Assembly (NCBI RefSeq): GCF_006345805.1
Contig: NC_043019.1
Location: 27,403,360 to 27,467,359, forward strand
Length of the DNA: 64,000 nt
From: Octopus sinensis
Lineage: Eukaryota
Reading direction: 5' to 3'
Shown here in pieces: positions 38,560-52,287 of the stretch (position 1 is its first letter; each line of letters starts with the position of its first letter). The position numbers and the translations under genes were made by a program. The notes beneath the pieces were generated by a model, which searched no databases, was not told the origin of the DNA, and saw only the letters and a list, made by a program, of their open reading frames with translations.

Positions 38560-39750
38560 AGTCATCAACTGGAACTGGAGGCAGGAATATGTATAGGAAC
38601 CATAGAGATTACAATGGGTATCAAACTTAACGTTTTAAAACGTTTGATGTAGAAGATACAGAAATCAGCCACATCGACAAAACAAAGAATTGCAACATCT
38701 ACAGTAGGAGCAATATAAGTGTTTAAGAAGCTATTCCATTAACTAGTCGGATCTTATTTTTTCATAGATATATATTTCTTTATTGCCCACAAGGGGCTAA
38801 ACATAGAGAGGACAAACAAGGACAGACAAAGGGATTAAGTCGATTACATCGACCCCAGTGCGAAACTGGTACTTTTATTTATCGACCCCGAAAGGATGAA
38901 AGGCAAAGTCGACCTCGGCGGAATTTGAACTCAGAACGTAATGACAGACGAAATACCGCTAAGCATTCCGCCTGGCGCGCTAATGTGTCTGCCAGCTCGC
39001 CAATTTTTTCATAGATATAACATGATGCTTATAATGGGACAGCTATAATGGGGCTGAGAATCAGGCTTGAGTAATCTGCAGTTAAGCACAATGGTAATTA
39101 AAAAAACACAAAGTTCGTATGATGATTTCCTGAAAAGAGAAAGTGAAACTTGCTAAGTAGCAAGTTAGAAAATCTCTATAAGAGATGAAGTAGGAACTAG
39201 ACTGAGAAGTAATGATTATTGCCACTTCAACATGGCTGTTCCATTACTACTGTTTTTAACCCGAAGAGCATCTTCGTCCAGCTGATCATTGATGCAATCT
39301 GCATCAGGTGCAGATTGCATTGATAACCAGCTGGAGGAGGCAGCTCTTGGAGTTAGAAACAGTAGTAATGTCAGTTCCTATGGAAGTCATATTGAAGATG
39401 AAACTTCTAATGAAAAGCCTGTTCTGTCAAGTAAAGGCTGATTTGAAGCACAACATAAGAATGACTTGTAAAGCTGCTTGTGTGGATATAGAGGTTGCCA
39501 CTAATCCTGAGCAGCTGAAGGAAATTATAGCTGAATGGAGCCACACACCAGAACAAATAGATAATGTTGATGCAATTGAACTTTTCTGGAAGCACATGCC
39601 TGACAGAACTTTTAGTTCTCGAGAAGAAAAACAATCAATACCAAGATTTAGACCTTGAGTAAATTGTCTGATGTTTCTTTTAAGAGGAAATGCTGTTGTT
39701 AATATGAAATGAAAGCCCTTGCTTGTGTTTCATACAGAAAATCCATGCCT
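38560..39750 (+). mobile_element. pogo/Tigger-like transposase relic interrupted by a SINE
   Basis: ITMGIKLNVLKR (CENP-B-like start); EQIDNVDAIELFWKHMPDRTFSSREEK and GNAV..MK*KPLLVFHTENP, with stops. Confidence 0.75.
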
Positions 39751-41474
39751 CTGACTTGGTGTTCAAATAAGGCCACGATTATGGTCTTACTTGGATTGCC
39801 GGGTCACCTCAAGCATAGCATATCTCCACAGGTCTTTGGTGGTCACTGAGGAAACTAAGCATAGACAAATGGCTCGATAGGGCTGTATAAGCTGTGTACA
39901 AAGATGCAGTGGTGAGTTTAGTGTTAAATGTAGGAGTTCAAAGTTCAGTTCTCAGTTCGTTCCAATTCATCAAAGTCTGTCAAGCCATCAGAGATGAGTT
40001 TAAGACTGGTTGTCCATGGGAACTCCTACACGGTGATAATCTAGTTCTCATAGCTAAATCTTTAAAGGAATTAGAGAGGAAATTCCACATAAAAGCACCC
40101 AGCACACTCTGTAAAGTGGTTGGCATTAGGAAGGGCATCCAGACATAGAAAACTATGCCAAATCAGATTGGAACCTGGTGCACTTCCCCAGCTTGCCAAC
40201 TCTGATCGAACCATCCAACCCATGCCAGCATGGACAGCAGACATTAAATGATGGTGGTGATGATGAAAAGGAATCAGATGTAGTGTGTAAGGAAGGAAAC
40301 AGCACTGATATGGATATGTGATGTGAATGGATGGGGTCCACTGTATAAAGAAGTGCTGATTACCAAATGTGGATGGAGATTGCAGAAGAGGGAGACCCAG
40401 GAGAACATAAAACAATATGACAACAGAAATGATAAGAGACTTGGATGATTGACAATACACAGTTCTTGAGAAGACTTGCCCAACTCAGTGAAGCCAAGTT
40501 CTGGAAGAACTCTGTGTGTGTGTGTATGTATTTGTATGCATGTAAGCTTGTACATGTGCACGACTGGGCCCTTCATCCAATTTCTCCCTCAAGATAAATG
40601 CTACCAAAACAAGTGGAGTAAATTTTGAACCCCGCTTGTGTTCTTTTATCATGATACTTAATTGTTCCCTAACACCCTTTCTCTTCAAATATATATTGTA
40701 TTATGGATGTTTAACAATTTATTTCCATACATAAAATCAGTTGTCTTGTTTTGCTTTTCTTTCTGTTTTTTTTTTATAAACAATCTATCAGAAAATTTTG
40801 GGAAAATAAATTTTATGGACAGATTTTCAGGAATGCATCACTTCTGTAATGCAAGGGAATCCCCTGTGTTTGTGTGTGTGTATATATATCTATATCTATC
40901 TATATATATATATACTCTTTTACTTGTTTCAGTCATTTGAATGTGGCCATGCTGAAGCACCGCCTTCAGTCGAGCAGATCGGCCCCAGGACTTATTCTTT
41001 GTAAGCCTAGTACTTATTCTATCAGTCTCTTTTGCCGGGGACGTAAACACACCAGCATCGGTTGTCAAGCGATGTTGGGGGGACAAACACGGACACACAC
41101 ACACATACATACATATATATATACGACGAACGTCTTTCAGTTTCCGTCTACCAAATCCACTCACAAGGCTTTGGCCGGCCTGAGGCTATAGTAGAAGACA
41201 CTTGCCCAAGGTGCCATGCAGTGGTACTGAGCCCGGAACGGTGTGGTTCGTAAGCAAGCTACTTACTACACAGCCACTCTTGCGTCTATATATATATAAA
41301 TTGTATGTAGTCGTTGGTTATAGCCGGTCAGAAAGTTACCTAGCGGTTCGGCAAAAATAAACGATATAATAAGTATCATACTTTAAAAAACGAGTCCTGA
41401 GGTCAAGTTGTTCGACAAAACCTTTCAAAGCGGTGCTCCAGGATGACCGTAGATAAAAATGACTGAAGCAAGAT

Positions 41475-41521
<47 letters not shown>

Positions 41522-42539
41522 GGGCGCGGGCGGGAGGCGCAAGATTTACACATAATACATACATAAACACATAAAGCTAGGATGAAGGACTATGAAAGCT
41601 ACAGCTTATAAAGGGCAGTGTATTAAAATACTTATAATTTTCAACACACTATATAATTAACTAAAACAGTTAGCACCAATAGGGGTATACACACACATGT
41701 ATATATAAATATATATATCAATAATAAAGGTATATATATATATATATACACACGTGTGTGTGTGTGAAAATATTATGAGAAGCCTATACAACTCCTGCCC
41801 ACAAACATTAAATATATATACATATACATATATATATAAGTGCATGTGTTTGTTGGACCTCCGTTAGTTACTGGTAGATTCGTTTTACAGGAGGGAACTA
41901 AGTCCCACACTGATCAACGACATATGACAGGTGCACGCAGTTTGTTTGCAAGGGGAAAACTAAAAACAATTAACAAGATTTTATAAAAAGTATCACTGGC
42001 TACGACATTGAACCCGAAATATACTTACATGCATATATAAACGGCGATTAAAGAAACAACTGAATATATTATAAATTATTATGTTTTAAACCGAGTTAAT
42101 TACTACGACAAAAATTATACTTTCGGTGGGAACGGCAAACATAAAATACGATCGTGGTCTAAAATAATTTAATACATTTAAGACATGTACATTATAAAAT
42201 AAGGCGTATATGGCGGGATAAGAGTATATAGTCGGGATAAGAGTATATAGTCCATATGATTTTTCCCCACTTCGGTGTTTAGTTTAAAAATATAAATGAA
42301 ATTATTTAGGGTAGTATATGATTTGTTTAATACAAAAGGTTTTCAGAATGTTTAGAAAAAGAATCCAGGAAAAGAATCGAAGTCAAAAATGACGGAACGG
42401 AAATCTTCATCCCAGCGCCATTTTCTAGATGTGAACAAAATGTTTTGAGGAGAACTTCATCGTAAGAATTCGCTGTGGAAGGCTTCAGAATAAATTTGCA
42501 ACAATGTAAAAGCATTTATGAAAAATAGTAAAATCTTAC

Positions 42540-42730
42540 TTACAAATAAGAGAAATTCAGCTGAAAGCTTTATAGTGTAGAGTTGTATCAAAACATTCAA
42601 TACTCTTACTGAACCGAACCGAAGCTATTTTCAATTTTTTTTCCAGCGACCATAATCTATCAGCGACGCATGCGCAGTGAGTCGGTCGCATGGCGTCTAC
42701 ATTGGATGTCATGACGAAATTGCAGTTGAA
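42540..42730. promoter_or_regulatory. Probable promoter and first non-coding exon of the PRDM gene, possibly bidirectional
   Basis: Local CpG enrichment; NRF1-like ACGCATGCGCAG (~42666-42677); YY1-like ATGGCG on plus (~42690) and AAAATGGCG on minus (~42416-42424); minus-strand GTAAG donor at 42539. Confidence 0.5.
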
Positions 42731-43771
42731 TTGATTTAAATTGTAATCTATTACTGTATTTAGTGTCTTTTTGCGTTGTTTTATTAGCTTTTTGTCTTTG
42801 TGTTATTCGTTCATTTACATATAAATTATATTTATACAGAGAGAGGAAGAGATTTGATATTAAATTTTATTCATTCTCTGTGTTATATTTCAATATGTAA
42901 TACCAATTTATTCATCCCATCTGTAACCCATGTGCATTTGGGATGGCTTTTCTATGTTAAACATCCAGCTTTAAAGCATGTGAGATCTGCTTTTGTGGGG
43001 TCATGAAAATAATGTACCTTGCCTAACAACACAACACATTTACTGCTCTTCTAAGTTGGGTTTTGCCTACAGTAATCCAGAAAACTTAATCTCTTTTATA
43101 CATGTATATTGTGGAAGAATCTTACAAGTCATTAAAAATGACATATGTACTGCTTTATTAATTTTTTTTTTTTCCTTATTATATTGTAACGCCACATGTC
43201 AATAACTATTATTTGTTGAGTAATGACCACAAGGATACAATAGCAAGGCTGAAATGGGGTTCATCTGAAGGGTTTCTGGAATGCTATTACTCAGTAGTAT
43301 GTAACTCAGAGATCAGAAAGTTGGAGGAAAGAATCACAAGCCAAGGCAACCAGTAAGAGACATAGGGTTAGACCAAGAACAAGACAGCTGAATCATATCC
43401 AGTCTCAGTTTGTCATGCTTGGGAATCCTGCTGAAAAGTGTAATGACAGTAGCCTTAAATAAGACCCTATGGAGAAGGTGCAAAGGCCTCTATCCCCATG
43501 ACCCTTCCAGAAATAGAGGGCTGAGAAGATGGATATATGTCATACATCAAAATATTTACTATCTGATTAGTGATACTCCACTTATGATATATGTATGTGG
43601 TGGTGCCACATAAAACTCATGTTGGCACCACAAAAATACCCATGCTGGTGCCATGTAAAAAGCACCTGTGCTGGTGCCACATTTAAAGCCCTCATACAGG
43701 TGCCATGTATGAAGTCCTGGTGCCAGTACCATCTAAAATCCCCCAGTACATGTAAAGTGGTTGGTGTAAAC

Positions 43772-44040
43772 CAGTGGTTCCCAAAATGGGTGGTATCACC
43801 CTCCTAGTGGGGCAGCAGAAATTTCCAAGGGGGTGTTGAAGAAAAGTGGGACGATAATGGGGTAGCCAAAAGGGGACAATTGATGTAAGAATGACAATAG
43901 GTTAATTAGGTGATGTTTTATTTGTTTTGAATTTGCTTCAGAAATAGGTGTATAATTGTGGTGGTAAGTTGGTGGGGGGCACTAGGAATGTAGCCTGGGT
44001 GCCAAGGGGGCAGCAGCCCAAAAAAGTTTGGGAACCACTG
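43772..44040. mobile_element. hAT (Charlie-like) MITE
   Basis: TIR CAGTGGTTCCCAAA / TTTGGGAACCACTG; perfect 8-bp TSD GTGTAAAC. Confidence 0.9.
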
Positions 44041-44793
44041 GTGTAAACCATCCAACCTATGCCAGCTTGGATATTAAATGATGATAAAGATCTATAAGGT
44101 AGGATAGTCCTGAAGCTATTCTACCTTAAAGATGCACACCCTATTACTTTTCTTAATTACCCCTACCACTAATCCTTTCCTTTTCCACTGTTCTCTGCCA
44201 CACTCCTTTCCACGGGTGTGTCTACTGTCTTACTTTCTCCACTACATAAATCCCTATCATTATATAAATCTGTTCCTTTTTATTCTCCTTCTTCACCTTG
44301 CCTAGTATCATCACACTGTCTCTCTTTGGTTCTCCATCAGTTATTGGGTCCAGTTTAGAGATATGTGTGTGTTTGTTGGCTGGTCTGAGGTGATGAGTGG
44401 TTGAGTTGAGTAACGAAAACCTGTTCCTTGGGCAGCTTGAAGTAGTAACTCACAACACTTATGAACAATTAACAGAAGATTCTATTGTTGCACATAGGCT
44501 CAAGCTGTGTTGGTCTTTTGCAAATAACAACAGCAATAATTATTGGGAGAGACTGCTTGGAGTTCACAGCAAGCAACATTTGGTTGACCCAGCATCAGTG
44601 AAAACAATTGTGCTATATTCGTGGTGAGGGAAATTCCTATCATCCATCTGCTCTCTGTCTTAACTGTTTTCCTGGGTCATCTGGCTGTGGCAAGAATGGA
44701 GGCACATATTGCTCAGTTGCCTTAACATTCTGAAATTACAGCCAAAAGCTGTAATAGAGCACAGAGAAGATTGAACCATGCGATGGTTTACGC

Positions 44794-45481
44794 CAGGAGT
44801 TGGGGCACTTTTTTAACCAATTACCCCAAAATTTATTTATTTACACCAACATTACCCCCCTTTGATTTAAAAGGAAGAAAACCATAGATTCTTTGAATTC
44901 AACAAGTTTATTGATCCTACTTGTATGGAGAATACAGTTATAAATATAAAAAGTATAAAACAAATGTGATAAAATATATTAATATCCTCATTATGAAACA
45001 AAAGGACTTTTCTAGAAACTTTTCCACTTCAGGTTTCAGAGAAATGATGTTTCATTTTTTTTACAATTACATCAAAATTGGGGCAATTTAGTGCTAGAGC
45101 AATTTGGGTACAGTCTTTGGGGTCTGATCAATTTGGTTAAAAGGCTGAATGGAATAACTACTTAAATCTACTTAAACAAAGCAAAAACGCATGTGTCAAA
45201 AAATAAGGTTAAGGCAGGTAATAGACTGACAAATAACATCTATTTAGTCACTTGACAACACCTTAACAATTACATTGTTTGTAGTTCAAAATGACAAGAT
45301 GTCTCCCAAACATGTCCATTACATTAAACAGATGCAGTGTTGTTGCCAGAAGAAAAATTTCTGTCATAACAAGGAACACGTTTTTCATATAATTTTACTT
45401 ATGTCTAATAAGTCCTCATTATCCAAAAGAATTTCATTTTTACCCCACTCGGGGTAATTTACCCTGGTTCGCAAAACCCTG
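44794..45481. mobile_element. Older non-autonomous hAT element
   Basis: CAGGAGTT / AAACCCTG ends; TSD-like GTTTACGC / GCTTACAC; subterminal TTACCCC repeats. Confidence 0.55.
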
Positions 45482-46959
45482 GCTTACACTGATTGGTTGC
45501 TTAATAGACCGATCACGTCAAACTATTGTGGTTTAGTTGTGATGTATGACCGGTTGCCTAGAGGTTTGGTTTCAAATCATCATGATAGGCACTTGGACTT
45601 ACAAGTTTCGAGGCAATCTTCACTACTGCTGGTGCCACAGGAAAAAAAAAAAAGGCATCCCAGATGCCTGGCACCTTGCTGTACTCAAGAAGTCTCATAT
45701 TCCACAGCAGAAGTACTTGGCATTTGTTGACCTGGAGAAAGCATTTGACAGAGGGATATGGTGGTCCCTGAGAAAACCAGAATAGACAAATGGCAACTGA
45801 AAGTCATACAGGCCATGTGCAAGGATGCTGTCAGTAAGGTGAGAGTTAGCTGTGAGTACAGCAGTGAATTTAGAGTATAGGAAGGCATTCACTAGGGCTC
45901 AGTTCTCAGTCCCTCTGGTGGTGTAAAATACTTGTGTCAGTGCCATGTAAAAGCTCCCATGTGGTGCCACATAAAAGCAACTATGTGACACCATGTAAAA
46001 GCACCCATGTGGTGCCACAAAAAAGCACCCAGCCACACTCTGTAAAGTGGTTGGCATTAGAAAGGGCATCTAGCCATAGAAACCATGCCAAATCAGACTG
46101 GAGTCTGGTGCGGCCCCCTCACAGGCCAGCTCTGGTCACACCGTTCAGCACGGACAATGGATATATGTCCATCTAAGTGTGTGTCTCAGTCGCCAACCAC
46201 TGCTTGACAACTAGTGTTAGCGCACTTATATCCCTGGAACTTAGCAGTTCAGCAAAAGAGATCAGTAAAATAAAGTAGTAGGCTTTAAAAAAATAAGTCC
46301 TGGGATCGATTTGTTCCACTAAAAAATCTTCAAGGCAGTGCTCCAGCATGGCCACAGTCAGATGACTGAAACAAATAAAAGAAAAAGATGACTAAACACA
46401 TACACATATATATTTAGCTGTAAAGCTAAATATATATTTCTTTACTACCCACAAGGGGCTAAACATAGAGGGGACAAACAAGGACAGACAAAAGGAGTAA
46501 GTCGATTACATCGAACCCAGTGCGAAGCTGGTACTTTATTTATCGACCCAGAAAGGATGAAAGGCAAAGTCGACCTTGGCGGAATTTGAACTCAGAACGT
46601 AACGACAGATGAAATACCGCTAAGCATTTCGCCCAGCGCGCTAACATTTCTGCCAGCTCGCCGCCTTCAGAGCTGGTAGAAATTTAGCTGTAAAGCTAAA
46701 TATTGACTTAATGTGTAAGAGTTTCATACATGCATATGTGTAACACATATGAGTGTCTTGAATCTGGAATCACTTATATAGCTTTATAGTTAAATAGACA
46801 GATATGTTTATCAATCTTGAATAGTGAGTTCTATTTCTTATTTTGTACCACCAAATCACATGCATCTATATTTGTATAGCAGTATGATAGATAAGACAAG
46901 TAAGAATATAAAGACAGGAATAAACCCTTGGCCTATCAGGAATTGTCACTGAGAGGCTT

Positions 46960-48705
46960 AGAATATCTGGTGGAGTGGGATCTAGTCTAGTCACTTATAT
47001 AGTTAATCAGATTGTGCATGAAGGTGTCATACCCAATGACTGGTGTAGCAGCATTATAGTCAGCTGCTACCAGGGTAAAGAAGATACCTTAAATAGAAAT
47101 CATTAGAGAGGTACCAAATTGCTGGACCAGGTCATGAAAGTCACAAAGAGAGAGTGTTATAGCCCAATTAATTAGAAACAGAGTTAGACTAGATGAGATG
47201 CAGTTTGGGAGATGTACTACTAATGCTATCTCCTTAGACAATTACAGGAGAAGTATTTAACTAAAAGCAAACCATTGTACTTGGCATTTGTTGACCTGGA
47301 GAAAGCATTTGACAGAGGGATATGGTGGTCCCTGAGAAAGCCAGAATAGACAAGTGGCAACTGAAAGTCATACAGGCCATATGCAAGGATGCTGTCAGTA
47401 AGGTGAGAGTTAGCTGTGAGTACAGCAGTGAATTTAGAGTATAGGAAGGCATTCACTAGGGCTCAGTTCTCAGTCCTCTCCTATTAATCATAGATTCCAG
47501 GTCATAACAAAGGACTTTAAGACTGGCTGCCCTAAGGAACTACGGTATGGTGATGACCTTATTCTCATAGCAAAATGAGTAGTAGAATTAGAAAAGGAAT
47601 TCCAAGCATGGAAGCAAAACCTAGAATCAAAGGGACTTAAAGTTAACTTTGCAAAGTCCAATTCTCAAGAAAACAGGAAAGCTACCCTCACGTAAATGGC
47701 CCTGCTCAATATGTAGGAAAAGAGTAGGCAGGAATTCCATTTGGTGTACCCAGTGCAAACTCTTGACACACAGGAGGTGCAGTGGAATCACAGGAAGGTT
47801 AAGTTAACCCATTGCCTGCCATGAGCCCTATTTGGGGATCTACTAAAAACAGTCTCACTGCCGATTGTTCGCTGTATTTTTTAGTGAATTGTTTATATAT
47901 ATTGCATTTGCAGAGGTGTGTTTCACAATATTCAGTAGTTAAAGTTTGTCATTATTAGCTCTGGCCAATTCTAGAGGACATTCTATGTCATAAATCGGAA
48001 TCTTTGAAAATACAAAAATATTGACTGTTTTGAAAACGTTTTTTTCTTTATGCATTTCCCATCTCTATTATTCATTGATATTTCATACACATTTGCATTT
48101 GATATTATAGTTTAAAAAAACAAACTAAAATGTTTATTATTGCAATTGAATAAAAAAGGATAAATATGCTTTTTTTCAGTGATCTCCATTTGGGACTTTT
48201 CGGAAGATTTATAATTTCCAAAATAATTCACATATGAAGAAAATTTAAATACTATATATTATTTTAACTTCTAAGACACCTGGCAAAGCCAAAAAATATG
48301 AATAAAAAAATTTGGCAGTTAATGAGTTAAGAAAGTAGTTTTTCTATGTGAAATACATACCAGACATTAACCCTTTCGTTACCAACCTGGCTGAAACCAG
48401 CTCTGGCTCTGAGTACAAATGTCTTGTTTTCATAAGTTTTTAATTAAAATCTTCCACCAAACCTTAGTCACAATTTATGTTCCTAACACTAGCTTAATGA
48501 TAACCAAGTTATTTTATTAAATTTTTTGTTATATTTAAAGTAATTGAAAGAAACACAGAGCATCTCAAAATAAATACAGTAACGAAAGGGTTAAAGTCAC
48601 ATAAGAAATAGAGTTTTTCAAATGTTCTGGAGGCTTCCTAGAGGTAGCAGAGTTTCAGTTATCTAGGTGACCTAATTAGCAGTGGAGGAAGATGTTATCA
48701 AAGTA
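46960..48705 (+). mobile_element. RTE LINE reverse-transcriptase relic split by two TTAA MITEs
   Basis: KPLYLAFVDLEKAFD, ELRYGDDL, LESKGLKVN remnants; MITEs at 47808-48326 and 48371-48590, each flanked by TTAA. Confidence 0.8.
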
Positions 48706-49482
48706 AACCTTTTTTTTTTTTGTTTTTTGAGGACATTTCTTTCAAGAGCTCTAACTTTTTCCAACCTATTATTTACCTTACTTTCCAGATAAATAATTCC
48801 TTACAAAACCTTTTGTCCAAATTTTAAGCCCGAAAAATTAGGGGGTTCCTTATACACGTTAAAATACGGTATATCTCAGTGAGTTGCAAGGATGAAGTAC
48901 AAGCAAAATTAGAAGAAAGACGGAAGAGTTATTTCCCCTGGACTTGTATTAAAGACAAGGATGACAAAACAAAGTCGATCTCGGCGGAATTTGAACTCAG
49001 AACCATGAAGACAACCACAATGCCGCTAAGCATTTTGTTCGGCACGCTAACAATTCTGCCAGCACGCTGCCTTTCGTAATAATCCTTTTTACTAAAGCGG
49101 CGAGCTGGCAGAAACATTAGCACGCCGGGCGAAATGCGTAGCCGTATTTTGTCTGCCGTTACATTCTTAGTTCAAATTCCGCCGAGATCGACTTTGCCTT
49201 TCATCCTTTCGGGGTCGATTAAATAAGTACCAGTTACGTACTGGGTCGATATAATCGACTTAATCCGTTTGTCTGTCCTGTCTGTGTTTAGCCCCTTGTG
49301 GGTAGTAAATAAATAGGTATTTCGTCTGCCGTTACGTTTTGAGTTCAAATTCCACCGAGGCCGACTTTGCCTTTCATCCTTTCGGGGTCGATCTAATCGA
49401 CTGACCCCTCCCACAAAATTTCGGGTCTTGTGCCTAGAGTAGAAAAGAATAATCCTTTCTACTATGGGCACAAGTTCGAAGT

Positions 49483-49587
49483 TTATTGGATTCACACCTC
49501 ATTGAATTTATGTGGTGCTATGAATTCAAAGATAAAACATTCCAAAAATTGTTGGAACATATTCGTTGCAAATATCCTTACAATTGA
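49483..49587 (+). pseudogene. Merlin transposase C-terminal fragment
   Basis: Translates LLDSHLIEFMWCYEFKDKTFQKLLEHIRCKYPYN*, a typical Merlin C-terminus. Confidence 0.75.
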
Positions 49588-51289
49588 AGCAATTTACAAA
49601 CTACTGTTTCGAATGTTGTTCTATGAAAAGATAAAAATTGGCATCAAATTGTCTATTCATAACATACAATAATATATGTTCAAGTCTTTTCATATCAGAT
49701 AATAAAAAAAGTTATAAGCAATTTAGGTTAATGCTTACTTAAACACCCAGCCACCAAAACAAAACAAAAAAGTGTAATAGGTGTAAAAAAAAATGCATAT
49801 TAAATTAATATCATCATCGTCATCGTTTAACGTCCACTTTCCATGCTAGCATGGGTTGGATGATTTGACTGAGGACTGGCGAACCAGATGGCTGCACCTG
49901 GCTCCAATCTGATCTGGCAGAGTTTCTACAGCTGGATGCCATTCCTAATGCCAACCACACTGAGAGTGTAGTGGGTGCTTTTACGTGTCATTGGCATGAG
50001 GGCCAGTCAGGCAGTACTGGCAACAGCTATGCTCAAATGAAGTTTTTTATGTGCCACCTGCACAGGAGCCAGTCCAGCGGAACTGGCAATGACCTTGCTC
50101 AAATGTTTTTTCACGTGCCACCGACACAAGTGCCAGTAAGGCGACACTGGTAGCGATCACGCTTGAATGGTGCTTTTTACGTGCCACTGGCACGGAACCC
50201 AGTTAGCTGCTCTGGCAACAATCATGCTCGGATGGTGCTCTTAGCACTCCACATGCCAGAGAACAAGAATTTGCACCAACAAACTAATTATAAAGAAATT
50301 TGTGGGGAAAAACTTTTTCTGATGGGGTAGGAAGAGGACTTTCAAAGAGAAGGAAATTCATAAATTATTTTTCGTTTGAGTGTAATGGAAAAAAGTTTGA
50401 CAATAAAATTTTTGAATTCATTTATTTTTCATTTGAGTAATAGAAAAAGGTTTTACAAAAAAATCCCATGTGGCCGTGTGGTAAGTAGCTTGCTTACCAA
50501 CCACATGGTTCCGGGTTCAGTCCCACTGCATGGCATCTTGGGCAAGTGTCTTCCACAATAGCCTCAGGCCGACCAAAGCCTTGTGAGTGGATTTGGTAGA
50601 TGGAAACTGAAAGAAGCCTGTCGTATATATGTGTATGTGTGTATGTTTGTGTGTCTGTGTTTGTCCCCCTAGCATTGCTTGACAACCGATGCTGGTGTGT
50701 TTATGTTCTGGTCACTTAGCGGTTCGGCAAAAAGAGACCGATAGAATAAATACTAGGCTTGCAAAGAATAAGTCCCGGGGTCGATTTGCTCGACTAAAGG
50801 CAGTACTCCAGCATGGCCGCAGTCAAATGACTGAAACAAATAAAAGAGTAAAGAGTATCATGGTGAGAGAAACAAATTCATAAATGCAGTGTTGAGTATG
50901 GTTTCACTATGGAAAAAAAAGTTAAGGGCAATTTAGCTGTTCTTTTTAGTACATCTCATGACTATCAAATACGTTCCTTACTTGTTTAATATTTTCTCTC
51001 CATAAACACATTTGAGTAATGGAAAAAGGTTTACGAAAAAAAATGTGGTATATGCCTCCCCACCCCACCCCGGAACTTTGTTGCCTCATAACTTTCAACA
51101 AAATATATTTCATTAACGAAAATGAAAAAAGAATTTTGTATATTTGTCTAACAAAAAAATTACATTTACACCCTTGAATTTGTTTGAGTGTGGTTAGATT
51201 GTGCTGAATAGCCAATAGGATTGCTCGGTCTGGTTCACTCCTGAAACGTTTTACTTGCTACAACAGCATGGCTTTCTGCAACTCTTGAA

Positions 51290-51590
51290 AAATGTCAGTC
51301 TATATGAAGGTATTCTGCGATTCCACGCAAATGATCGACCTGCAATTCCCCGTGTCTTTCACATGACAGGACAAACATGGTGAGACGTCAGCAGTCTGGA
51401 AAGGAATGTGGATACTCCATGTCTACATTTCAGAACACCTTTCTGGAACACATCTACCTTCTGACTTGGAAGGTTTGGCTTTTTGTGAACCACTTTCTCG
51501 GGGCAGCTTGGTTGCACAAATCATTAAGGGAAAACCTAGGATTCTGCCATGAAACCTCCGTAGACTGGCGGTCTTTCTGCTTAGAGGTTA
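51290..51590 (+). pseudogene. Merlin transposase N-terminal fragment
   Basis: CGYSMSTFQNTFLEH...WKVWLFVNHFL...TSVDWRSFCLEV. Confidence 0.75.
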
Positions 51591-52287
51591 GCAAAGGTAA
51601 AGGAGGCAAACACCACCCATTTTCGGATATTTATCTTTTTGATACAGGAGAATATGATTTTGACCAAAAAACCACATTTTCAAAATGTTAATACCCCCCC
51701 CCCCCAATTTATTAATTTTAAACTTTTTTCTAATTTTTTTTTAACCCATATAGAAAAATATAGAGATTATGAATCTGGGAACATTTTTTTTTAACTTTTA
51801 ATTTTTCTTTAAGAAATACTAAATGCCCCTTCCACCCCCACCCCACCCCTGTTTTCAAAAAATAAAGACTCAGAATCTATCTCCACTTTATAGGCATGGC
51901 TGTGTGGTTGAGAAGCTTCAATTCCAACCATGTCACCTTGGGTTCAGTCCTACTGTGCAGCACATTGGGGTATTCTCTTTCATTACAGCTGCATGTTGAC
52001 CAAAGCCTTGTGTGTTATATAATTACCATTACATGTATTGATATATAAAATAACACATACAACTCACTTTTTATCATCATATAATAAACAAACAAAAGTT
52101 CATGTTACTTCAATTATTACATGTTTTCTCTTATAAAACATACACACACAGGAGGAGTACATCTACATATATAATAACACTTTGAATGTAGCTCCCGAGA
52201 AAGAGTAAAAGTAATTACCTGATCAACGATGGGCATTACTGCTAGTTATCTATATAACTGATAGCAAATTTTGTATGAAATTATATT

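Noticed and set aside
42690-42734. ATGGCGTCT... as the start of a plus-strand gene
   Set aside because: Closes after 14 codons; more likely a YY1-type promoter motif or uORF.
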